From the NCBI RefSeq assembly GCF_013283745.1, contig NZ_JABSTZ010000001.1:428406-452405 (forward strand): DNA of 24,000 bases, read 5' to 3'. Both the position numbers and the translations under genes were made by a program. This document shows, piece after piece, positions 1 to 7,372 of the stretch; position 1 is the stretch's first letter, and each line of letters begins with the position of its first letter. The DNA is from Aeromicrobium stalagmiti. GTDB taxonomy: Bacteria > Actinomycetota > Actinomycetes > Propionibacteriales > Nocardioidaceae. Under the pieces are notes generated by a model, which ran no database searches, was not told where the DNA came from, and saw nothing but the letters and a program-made list of their open reading frames with translations.

Positions 1-53
1 TGATCCCCCTGCTCGTCATCGCCATCGGAATCGTCTCGGCCGTCCGGTCCTGA
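1..53 (+). CDS. 3' end of an upstream gene (hydrophobic C-terminus, likely membrane protein; possibly another T7SS membrane component)
   Basis: Frame 3 reads ...IPLLVIAIGIVSAVRS* with TGA at 51-53. It lies 15 nt upstream of the next start on the same strand. Too short to assign a family. Confidence 0.3.
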   Translation, partial: IPLLVIAIGIVSAVRS

Positions 54-68
54 CCTACTAGGAGAACC

Positions 69-752
69 ATGCACACCGCCCGCAAGATCGCCGCCACGAG
101 CTCCATCGCCCTCGGACTCGCCATGGTGTCGTTCGCCGTGCCCGGGATCGCCCAGGCCGCCGACGGCGACGACCTCGCCGCCACTCCCGCAGCCGCCACC
201 GCGACCCCGACCGACAAGGCACCGAGCCTCGATCTCGACCTCTTGGTGCCGCAGGTCGAGCTCGACATCCCCGAGACGCTCCCGACCCCCACGCTGCCCA
301 CCACCCCGGGCGACCCGGTCGAGACCACCGAGCCCACGCCCGAGCCGACGCGCCCGACGGACAACCCCGGTGACGACGTCGACGTGCCCGGCACGCCCGG
401 AGGTGTCGAGACCGACGACGACAGCGGCAACAACGGCAACGGCAACGGCAACGGCAACGGGAACCCCGGCGACAGCACGGACGACGACAGCGGCTCCAGC
501 GACCCGGGATCGGGCGACTCCTCCTCGCAGGGCGAGGACGACAACAACGGCGTCGACCCCGTCCTCGGCAACGGCGTCGCGCCGCAGCAGGGCCTACAGG
601 ACGCCACGCCGCCCGCAGCCGACACGCAGCGCACGCTGCCTGCCGCCGGTGGACCGGCGCAGCTGCCCGTGCTCGTGCTCGGCCTGGGCCTGATCGTGGT
701 CGGCGGGGTGCTGGTCAAGCGCCCGTACGCTGCACGTCACCGCGTCGTCTGA
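69..752 (+). CDS. Secreted, highly acidic, low-complexity (D/P/T/G/N-rich) surface protein with a sortase-like LPAAG + TM + basic-tail C-terminus
   Basis: ATG at 69 follows AGGAGA (60-65). The N-terminus MHTARKIAATSSIALGLAMVSFAVPGIAQA/AD looks like a Sec signal peptide. The body has no recognisable folded domain and includes an NGNGNGNGNGN run. The C-terminus reads TLPAAGG-PAQLPVLVLGLGLIVVGGVLV-KRPYAARHRVV. The stop is 3 nt before the eccB start. Confidence 0.75.
   Translation: MHTARKIAATSSIALGLAMVSFAVPGIAQAADGDDLAATPAAATATPTDKAPSLDLDLLVPQVELDIPETLPTPTLPTTPGDPVETTEPTPEPTRPTDNPGDDVDVPGTPGGVETDDDSGNNGNGNGNGNGNPGDSTDDDSGSSDPGSGDSSSQGEDDNNGVDPVLGNGVAPQQGLQDATPPAADTQRTLPAAGGPAQLPVLVLGLGLIVVGGVLVKRPYAARHRVV
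426..464. repeat. In-frame hexanucleotide tandem repeat (AACGGC)n encoding (Asn-Gly)n
   Basis: Sequence reads ggc aac aac ggc aac ggc aac ggc aac ggc aac ggg aac. There are four perfect AACGGC units at 432-455 plus degenerate flanking units. Confidence 0.9.
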
Positions 753-755
753 CGC

Positions 756-2108
756 ATGGCGAGCAAGCGTGACCTGGTCGAGGCGCACGACTTCAACAGG
801 CGTCGGCTGGTCACTGCGTTCCTGAGCGGAGCGCCGGGCGGACGGGAGGTCGAGCCCGTCCGCTACGGCCGTACGATCATCGGCGGGCTGGTCCTCGCGG
901 CGATCCTCGTCGCCGGAGCCGCCGTGGCCGGCGTCCTCAAGCCGACCGTCAGCGACGACTGGCGCGAGAACGGGCTCGTCATCGGCAAGGAGAGCGGATC
1001 GCGCTACCTGATGTTCGAGAAGCAGCTCTACCCGGTCGCCAACATCACGTCGGCCCGCCTGGCGCTGCAGGACGAGCTCAAGATCAGCTACGTCCCCGAC
1101 GACGTCCTGGTCAAGGAGCCCAAGCGCAACGCGATCGGCATCGTCAACGCCCCCGACTACCTGCCGCCGGCCAACCGCCTCGTGCAGGACGGGTGGACCG
1201 CGTGCACCAACGGCGACGGTGGTCTCCGGACCGTCGTCAGCACCCGGTCCGGTGCCGAGCGCTCCACCGGCACGGCCCTGCTGGTGAAGTCCCGCGACGA
1301 CGGGAAGTACTGGATCGTCTCGGGCAGCCGGCGCTACCCCGTGCCCAAGGGCAACGTCGGGACCGCCATCGTGCGAGCCCTCGGCCTCGACACCACCACG
1401 GCGTTCCCCGGCACCAACCGCTGGCTCGACCTGCTCCCCATCGGCAGCACGGTCACGGCATTCACGGTGCCCGGCAGCGGCTCGTCCGTCGACAGCGGCG
1501 TCCCCGGCCTCGACGTCATCGGCACGCGCGTGCAGGCCGACGGGCGCGACTACGTCCTGGTCAAGGGCGGGCTCGTGCTGCTCCAGCCCTTTGCGGCGGC
1601 CATCTACTCGGTGAGTCCCGGCACGGTCGACGCCGACCCGGTCGAGCTCGACCCGACCGACTTCGGTCGCATCCAGACCCTCAACAGCGCCAAGCTGTTC
1701 CCGGCGGACTGGCCGAAGGCCCTGCCGAGCACCTACTCCGAGCAGACGCCGTGCCTCGTGCTCGGCCGCGCCGAGCAGGAGGACGACACCAGCCGGGCCT
1801 ACCTCGCGACGCCGACCGAGCCGTCGATCGTGCCGACGGGTGCCGAGGCCTCCGCCGAGGTCCAGCAGGGTCGCGGCGCGCTCGTCTACGGCAGCACCCG
1901 CACCTCGGGTGGCCCCGTCGACACCGAGTACCTCATCGACTCCCTCGCGACGCGCTATGCGATCGAGCCCAAGAACGCCGCCGCCGAGGCGCAGCGCCGG
2001 CTCGGCTACGGCGACGTCGAGCCGGTGCCCGTGCCCCGCACGTGGACCGAGCTGTTCCGCGACGGGCCGGCCCTCGACGCCACCAAGGCCGGAGCGCCGG
2101 TCGGATGA
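756..2108 (+). CDS. eccB: Type VII secretion system membrane component EccB
   Basis: 450 aa. The N-terminus SKRDLVEAHDFNRRRLVTAFLSG is followed by a single TM (TIIGGLVLAAILVAGAAVAGVL) and a roughly 380-aa extracytoplasmic region, the layout I recognise for the EccB family. The stop overlaps the mycP start (ATGA at 2105-2108). Confidence 0.8.
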   Translation: MASKRDLVEAHDFNRRRLVTAFLSGAPGGREVEPVRYGRTIIGGLVLAAILVAGAAVAGVLKPTVSDDWRENGLVIGKESGSRYLMFEKQLYPVANITSARLALQDELKISYVPDDVLVKEPKRNAIGIVNAPDYLPPANRLVQDGWTACTNGDGGLRTVVSTRSGAERSTGTALLVKSRDDGKYWIVSGSRRYPVPKGNVGTAIVRALGLDTTTAFPGTNRWLDLLPIGSTVTAFTVPGSGSSVDSGVPGLDVIGTRVQADGRDYVLVKGGLVLLQPFAAAIYSVSPGTVDADPVELDPTDFGRIQTLNSAKLFPADWPKALPSTYSEQTPCLVLGRAEQEDDTSRAYLATPTEPSIVPTGAEASAEVQQGRGALVYGSTRTSGGPVDTEYLIDSLATRYAIEPKNAAAEAQRRLGYGDVEPVPVPRTWTELFRDGPALDATKAGAPVG

Positions 2109-3292
2109 GGCGACAGCTGTCCGCAGCACTCGCGGCGACGATCGGCGCCATCGCGCTGCCGGTCGTCGTCGACGCCCCGGCTCGGGCGGCAGAGGGCCGC
2201 AACTGCACGACTGATGAGACGCAGTACGTGACCGAACCGGCCGGGCTGCTCAACCTGCAGCAGACCGGCTTCGAGCAGTCGTGGCGGTTCGCGACCGGCA
2301 AGGGTGTCGTCGTGGCGGTCGTCGACTCCGGCGTCAACCAGCGCAACGTCCACTTCTCCCGGGGCCTCGAGGACGGCACGTCGTTCGTCGGCGGTGCGGG
2401 CACCGACGACCTCCAGGGACATGGCACGGCCGTGGCCGGCATCATCGGCGCCCGCACCTTCGGCGACTCGGTGCTGGTGGGCGCTGCGCCCGACGCCACG
2501 ATCGTCCCCGTCCGCGTCAACACCGTGGCCGACCAGATCTCGACCGCCAACGTCGCCAAGGGCATCCGCTGGGCCGCCGAGCGCGACGAGGTCGACGTCA
2601 TCAACATCTCGATCAGCACCGGACCCAGCGACCCGCAGCTCAAGGCCCTGAGGGCGGCAACGGCCCTCGCGGTCAAGAACGACAAGGTCGTGGTGGCGTC
2701 TGCCGGCAACGGCCCGGGTCGCGACAACCCCTACACCCAGGTGCAGTACCCCGCTGGATTCCCCGGGGTGCTGGGGGTCGCGGCGACGACTCCCGGGGGC
2801 GGCGTCGACAACTACTCGATCCATGGCAAGCACGTCGACGTGTCCGCGCCTGGCGTGAACGTTTTGGCGCCGTTCCACGCGGTCGGCGACTGCCTGTTCG
2901 GCATCGACCAGCCCTACACGAGCTATGCGACCCCGTTCGTCAGCGCACTGGCCGCCCAGCTGCGCGAGCGGTTCCCGAAGGACTCGGCCGCCGACATCGC
3001 CAACCGCATCACGTCCACGGCCGACCGGCCGCGCATCGCCGAGCGCAACGACATCGAGGGCTGGGGCCGCATCCAGCCGGTCGCCGCGCTCACGAGCAGC
3101 GAGGCCACACCTCCGGGTGAGCGCCGCTCGAGCATCAAGCCACCGGCCGGCACCAGCATCACCGCGAGGGCCGCGGCCGACGACCCCCTGGCCGGCCCGC
3201 GGGACCGTCTGCTCTGGTGGGCCCTCGGCGCGACCGCACTGCTGTCGGTCGCCCTGGTCGCCCGTCCGCTCAGCGCTCGGATGCGACGCTAG
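2105..3292 (+). CDS. mycP: Mycosin (MycP), T7SS-associated membrane-anchored subtilisin-like serine protease
   Basis: Internal ATG at 2105 of track ORF 1193..3292. Signal peptide MRRQLSAALAATIGAIALPVVVDAPARA. Subtilase motifs are VVAVVDSGV (Asp), LQGHGTAVAGII (His), ASAGNG (Asn) and TSYATPFVSALAA (Ser). C-terminal TM LLWWALGATALLSVALVA followed by RPLSARMRR. Confidence 0.9.
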   Translation: MRRQLSAALAATIGAIALPVVVDAPARAAEGRNCTTDETQYVTEPAGLLNLQQTGFEQSWRFATGKGVVVAVVDSGVNQRNVHFSRGLEDGTSFVGGAGTDDLQGHGTAVAGIIGARTFGDSVLVGAAPDATIVPVRVNTVADQISTANVAKGIRWAAERDEVDVINISISTGPSDPQLKALRAATALAVKNDKVVVASAGNGPGRDNPYTQVQYPAGFPGVLGVAATTPGGGVDNYSIHGKHVDVSAPGVNVLAPFHAVGDCLFGIDQPYTSYATPFVSALAAQLRERFPKDSAADIANRITSTADRPRIAERNDIEGWGRIQPVAALTSSEATPPGERRSSIKPPAGTSITARAAADDPLAGPRDRLLWWALGATALLSVALVARPLSARMRR

Positions 3293-3836
3293 GACGACGC
3301 GCCCCCGGCAGCGACAGCCGCCGCCAGGCGATCATCACCCCGCCGGTGATGGCGCCGCCCAGCAGCCAGCCGACCAGCACGTCGGTGAGCCAGTGACCGC
3401 CCAGATAGATCATGGCGGCGGCCGACACGACGCACCCGACGACGCCGAGCGCCGCGACGACGCGGCGCCAGGCGATCGACGTCCACCACGGCGCCAGCAC
3501 GACGGCGATCGTCGCCGCCGACGTGATCACGGCGTGCGACGAGGGCATCGACGACTGTGCCAGCGACGTGATTGCGAGGTCGGCAGGTGGACGCGGTCGG
3601 TCGAAGACCTCCTTGAGTGGCCCGGTCACCACGACCGTCACGAGCATCGATCCGATGACGCTGGGCAGGCTCGCCCAGACCCTCAGCCGGGCGACGACGA
3701 CGAGGCCCACCAGCGCCGCGACGGCGAAGAAGATCCATGACGTGCCGAGGTCCTCGAGGAACCGGCACACCCGGGTCAGCGGCACCGTGCGGTGGTCGGC
3801 GACCCAGCGGGCGATCTCGAGGTCGACGGCGTCCAT
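3270..3836 (-). CDS. PAP2-family membrane phosphatase
   Basis: 188 aa, polytopic and hydrophobic. PAP2 signature blocks are KEVFDRPRP (KxxxxxxRP), MPSSHA (PSGH) and YLGGHWLTDV (HxxxD). The 3' end overlaps the mycP 3' end by 23 nt (convergent). Confidence 0.85.
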   Translation of the reverse strand: MDAVDLEIARWVADHRTVPLTRVCRFLEDLGTSWIFFAVAALVGLVVVARLRVWASLPSVIGSMLVTVVVTGPLKEVFDRPRPPADLAITSLAQSSMPSSHAVITSAATIAVVLAPWWTSIAWRRVVAALGVVGCVVSAAAMIYLGGHWLTDVLVGWLLGGAITGGVMIAWRRLSLPGARRPSVASER

Positions 3837-3867
3837 GCGCCCAGCGTACGGAGGTCGCGCCGATCTC

Positions 3868-3883
3868 CTAAGCGCTCGCTTAG
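3868..3883. promoter_or_regulatory. Inverted repeat CTAAGCG-CT-CGCTTAG in the PAP2/qor divergent intergenic region (candidate operator)
   Basis: Perfect 7-bp arms with a 2-bp spacer inside the 68-bp intergenic region. A TAGTGT -10-like hexamer at 3892-3897 lies 7 nt before the ATG at 3905. Confidence 0.3.
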
Positions 3884-3904
3884 TTCTGCGGTAGTGTCGC
3901 CACC

Positions 3905-4864
3905 ATGAAGGCGATCCAGATCACATCCCTCGACGGCCCCTCCGCAGTGGAGCTCCTCGACGTGCCCGAGCCCGTGGCCGCACCCGGCCAGGTCCTGATC
4001 CGCGTCCGCGCCGCCGGCGTCGCGTTCCCGGAGGTGCTGCAGTCGCGCGGGCTCTACCAGATGAAGCCCGACCTCCCCTTCACCCCGGGAGCCGAGATCG
4101 CGGGCGAGGTCATCGCCGCTCCCGAGGACTCCGGGTTCGCCCCGGGCGACCGCGTCGCCGCGCTGTGCCTCCTGGGCGGCTTCGCCGAGCAGGCCGTCGC
4201 CCCGGTCACCGAGACGTTCAAGCTGCCCGACTCCGTCTCGTACGGGCAGGGCGCCTCGATCATCTTCAACTACGGCACCGCCTACTTCGCGCTGATCGAG
4301 CGCGGCCACCTGCAGGCCGGTGAGTCGGTGCTGGTGCAGGGCGCGGCCGGCGGCATCGGCACCGCTGCGATCCAGGTCGCCAAGGCGTTCGGCGCGGGTC
4401 GCGTCGTCGCGGTGACCTCGACCGCCGAGAAGGGCGCCGTGGCGCTGGAGGCCGGCGCCGACGAGTTCGTGCTGGCCGACGGCTTCAAGGACGCGACCGT
4501 CGCCGGCGGCAAGGTCGACATCGTCGTCGACCCGGTCGGCGGCGACCGCTTCACCGACTCGCTGCGCTGTCTCAAGGACGACGGGCGCCTGCTCGTCATC
4601 GGCTTCACCGCCGGCGAGATCCCGACCGTCAAGGTCAACCGCCTGCTGCTCAACAACGTGTCCGTCGTCGGTGTCGGCTGGGGCGCGTACGTGCTGCAGC
4701 GTCCCGGGCACATCGCGACCGAGTGGGCCGCGATGGAGCCGCACCTGGCCAGTGGCGCCCTGCAGCCGGTCGTCGGACCGACGTTCCCCCTCGCCGAGGC
4801 GGCACAGGCCCTGCTCACGCTCGACGAGCGTCGCGCCACCGGCAAGGTGCTGCTCACCCCCTGA
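3905..4864 (+). CDS. NADPH:quinone oxidoreductase-like medium-chain dehydrogenase/reductase (zeta-crystallin/Qor type)
   Basis: 319 aa. N-terminal GroES-like fold (PGQVLIRVRAAGVAFPE, PFTPGAEIAGEV), the nucleotide-binding loop VQGAAGGIGTAAIQVAK, and the C-terminal ATGKVLLTP ending typical of Qor-like MDRs. Confidence 0.9.
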   Translation: MKAIQITSLDGPSAVELLDVPEPVAAPGQVLIRVRAAGVAFPEVLQSRGLYQMKPDLPFTPGAEIAGEVIAAPEDSGFAPGDRVAALCLLGGFAEQAVAPVTETFKLPDSVSYGQGASIIFNYGTAYFALIERGHLQAGESVLVQGAAGGIGTAAIQVAKAFGAGRVVAVTSTAEKGAVALEAGADEFVLADGFKDATVAGGKVDIVVDPVGGDRFTDSLRCLKDDGRLLVIGFTAGEIPTVKVNRLLLNNVSVVGVGWGAYVLQRPGHIATEWAAMEPHLASGALQPVVGPTFPLAEAAQALLTLDERRATGKVLLTP

Positions 4865-5393
4865 CACCCCCACCGGCCGGCGGGGAGGTGAGCTGCTCGC
4901 GGGTGACGAAGGCGAGCTGGGCGGTCTTGTCCGCCAGCTCGACCACGGCGCCCTTCGTCAGACCCGTGCGCTCGGCGCGGGCGATCGACCGCGCATTGGC
5001 GACGTCAGGCTCCGCGACGATGCGGCGCACCGCCGGGTCGGCCAGGACGACGCCGAGCAGGTAGGACGTCAGGCGACCCGTGAACCCGGGCTCCGGGACG
5101 TCGGCCGGCCCGACGAAGAGGTGGCAGCCCAGGTCACCCTCCTGCACGTCGTACGACTCCCCCATCGGGTCGTGCGCCGGGTCGTACGTCTGGAAGATCG
5201 CGACCGCCCGTCCGTCGCGGTGCACGAGATAGGCGTGATGTGTCGTCAGGCCGTCGAGGTAGGCGTAGACCTCACCGACCTCCTCACGGGTGTAGGTCGT
5301 CATGCCCCAGAACGTCGCCCGGGGCGCGGTGACCCACGCGTGCAGGAGGTCGAGGTCGCCGACCGGGTCGACGGGGCGGTGGGTGAAGGTCAT
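4854..5393 (-). CDS. Stand-alone siderophore N-acyltransferase (IucB/DesC-like GNAT, Acetyltransf_8 type), second copy in the operon
   Basis: 179 aa. Motifs LLHAWVTAPRATFWGM, TYDP, GDLGCHLFV and VAEPDVANARS align end to end with the N-terminal domain of the CDS at 7369..9744. The ATG overlaps the stop of the acylase gene (ATGA at 5390-5393). Confidence 0.85.
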   Translation of the reverse strand: MTFTHRPVDPVGDLDLLHAWVTAPRATFWGMTTYTREEVGEVYAYLDGLTTHHAYLVHRDGRAVAIFQTYDPAHDPMGESYDVQEGDLGCHLFVGPADVPEPGFTGRLTSYLLGVVLADPAVRRIVAEPDVANARSIARAERTGLTKGAVVELADKTAQLAFVTREQLTSPPAGGGVRG

Positions 5394-7372
5394 GCGGACT
5401 CCGGATCAGTGGGGACGGGGACGAGTCGACCGCCCGACCAGTGGTCGAGCTGGTCGTGGTGGTGGGGATCGGCCGGGTCACCGGACGCCCCGAGCGGGAC
5501 GATCCACCGGCTCGCGGCGCGATCGGCGAGGTCCCACACGTAGCGGGCGACAGGCCCACGCAGCACCTGGTCGGTGACGCCCGGGACGCTCGAGGTCGAC
5601 AGCACGCACTCGGTGTCACCCGACAGCGCGACCGCCGGGACGCCCGCCGGCGCCCAGACGTGGGTCGCTCCCCAGGTCTCGGGCGGGCCCGCCGCGGCGA
5701 CCTCCTCGAGCGCACGGGTCGCGAGCGCGGCCAGGTCGATGCCCCACGGGGTCGGGCTTCGGTCGACCAGCCGGTCGAGCTCCTGACCGAGCCGGCCGAC
5801 CACGTCGACCCACGGGTCGAAGAGAGCGGGCCAGGGCGACGGCTCGCGCAGGGCGGCGAAGGCGGGCTCGTCGGCGAGGCGGCGCACGAGGGCGCCCCGC
5901 ACCGCGGCGAACGCGGCGGCACCCGCGCTGCCGGCATCCATCCGCCCGTCCCACGAGCCGATGATCGAGCGGAGGTCGGCCGCCCCGGGCGTCAGGGTCT
6001 CGACCGAGTCGAGCAGAGACCGCAGCCTGCCGGCGGGCGCGAGGGCCGTGTCGAGGTGCAGCGACCGCGCGTCCTCGACGGTCAGGTCACGGCGGTCGCC
6101 GAGCAGGTCGCGCAGCCGGTCGGCGCGGTGCGGCGGGGCGAACTCGTGACCCACCGCCGCGCTCTCGGGGCCGCGGCGCTCGTTGGCGGTGACGAGCACG
6201 TCGTCCGCCCCGACGTCCGACGACGGCAACGGGTCGAGCCAGCCCATCCACGCGTGCTGCTCGTCCCACGCCGGGACCGGCACCCGCCGAGCACGCTCGT
6301 CGCGCACCGGCACCCGGCCGGCCACCCGGTAGCGGACCCGGCCGGATCGGTCGGCGATGACGACGTTGTTGACCGGCTCGACCCAGCGGTCGAGGGCGCG
6401 GTCGACGTCCTCGACGGTGCGCGACCGCAGCAGCGGCAGGATCGCGTCGAGCCCGAGGTCGCGACCGACCCGCGACGCCGTCCGCAGGCTGAGCCCCTGA
6501 CCGGCATCGGGTCCCCCGACGACGAGCGGACCCTGTCGGGTGACGACGACCTCGACCGGCACGGGATCGGCCCCGCGGACGTCGATCTGCTCGGTGTGGA
6601 CGTCGGCGGCGTACCAGCCCTCCGCACCCCGCGCCTCGACCCCGGCGGCGGTGCGCCGCAGCTGCTCGACGAAGAGATCCTGGTAGTCCGCCATCGCGTT
6701 GGTGATGGCCCACGCGACCTCGCCGGCGTGGGCGAAGTGCTGCACCCCGGGCACTCCCGGGAACGTGAGACCGACGACGTCGACGCCGGGGCAGACCAGC
6801 CGCACCTGCTGATAGACGCCCGGTGACTCGAGCACACGGTGCGGGTCGCCGGCGATGATCGGGCTCCCCGAGACCGTCCGACCGCCGCCCGCGACCCAGG
6901 CGTTGCTGCCCGACAGGGCGGGACCCTCGCCACCGATGAGGTCGAGCGCGTCCTCGCCGAGCGCCGCGGCGACCCGCGCCCGCCACAGCTTGGTCGGGAA
7001 CGTCCCGAACAGGACGTGCTGCACGCAGAAGATGCCCAGCGGCGTCCACGGCGTCCATGCACCCGGCTGCCGGCGGTCGAGACCTTCCTCGACCCCCGCG
7101 ACGTACGCCGCGCAGAACCGCTGGGTCTCGGTGTCCATGCGCTCGAAGCACTCGCGGGCGGTCCGGTCGATCAGGGTCTGCCGCGCGAAGGTGTCCCAGC
7201 CGACCCCGGCGACGCCCAGCACCTCCGCCGTCCGCCCCACGGCATGGAGGCGGTCCATCTCGATCTGGTCGCCACGGTCGATCGCCGTGACGCGCCCCTG
7301 CTCGCGCGCGAGCTCGTCGATCGACGCCGCCCGGACCGTCGGCACGCCCCACGGGTCGCGCTCGACGCTCAC
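5390..7372 (-). CDS. Penicillin-acylase-family Ntn hydrolase (PvdQ/AHL-acylase-like amidase) with no evident signal peptide
   Basis: 660 aa. The protein starts directly with the mature-type motif RDPWGVPTVRA. The candidate autoprocessing nucleophile is in GS-SNAWVAGG (Ser at residue 156, codon 6905-6907), followed by IIAGDPH. The GTG start overlaps the stop of the upstream synthetase (GTGA at 7369-7372). Confidence 0.85.
   Translation of the reverse strand: MSVERDPWGVPTVRAASIDELAREQGRVTAIDRGDQIEMDRLHAVGRTAEVLGVAGVGWDTFARQTLIDRTARECFERMDTETQRFCAAYVAGVEEGLDRRQPGAWTPWTPLGIFCVQHVLFGTFPTKLWRARVAAALGEDALDLIGGEGPALSGSNAWVAGGGRTVSGSPIIAGDPHRVLESPGVYQQVRLVCPGVDVVGLTFPGVPGVQHFAHAGEVAWAITNAMADYQDLFVEQLRRTAAGVEARGAEGWYAADVHTEQIDVRGADPVPVEVVVTRQGPLVVGGPDAGQGLSLRTASRVGRDLGLDAILPLLRSRTVEDVDRALDRWVEPVNNVVIADRSGRVRYRVAGRVPVRDERARRVPVPAWDEQHAWMGWLDPLPSSDVGADDVLVTANERRGPESAAVGHEFAPPHRADRLRDLLGDRRDLTVEDARSLHLDTALAPAGRLRSLLDSVETLTPGAADLRSIIGSWDGRMDAGSAGAAAFAAVRGALVRRLADEPAFAALREPSPWPALFDPWVDVVGRLGQELDRLVDRSPTPWGIDLAALATRALEEVAAAGPPETWGATHVWAPAGVPAVALSGDTECVLSTSSVPGVTDQVLRGPVARYVWDLADRAASRWIVPLGASGDPADPHHHDQLDHWSGGRLVPVPTDPESA

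Noticed and set aside
1193-2104. Upstream 304 codons of the 699-aa track ORF containing mycP
   Set aside because: This part overlaps eccB in another frame and is Arg/Pro-rich nonsense. The mycosin signal peptide starts at the ATG at 2105, which forms an ATGA overlap with the eccB stop.
594-2129. 511-aa minus-strand ORF antisense to eccB
   Set aside because: It is an Arg/Gly/Ala/Asp-rich shadow frame typical of very GC-rich DNA. It has no motifs and is fully overlapped by a well-supported eccB CDS on the other strand.
5441-7352. Several long ORFs (5441..6826 +, 6082..7062 -, 6087..7352 -) inside the acylase gene
   Set aside because: These are alternative-frame or antisense shadows with extreme Arg/Pro/Gly content. 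The 5390..7372 frame carries the penicillin-amidase motifs.
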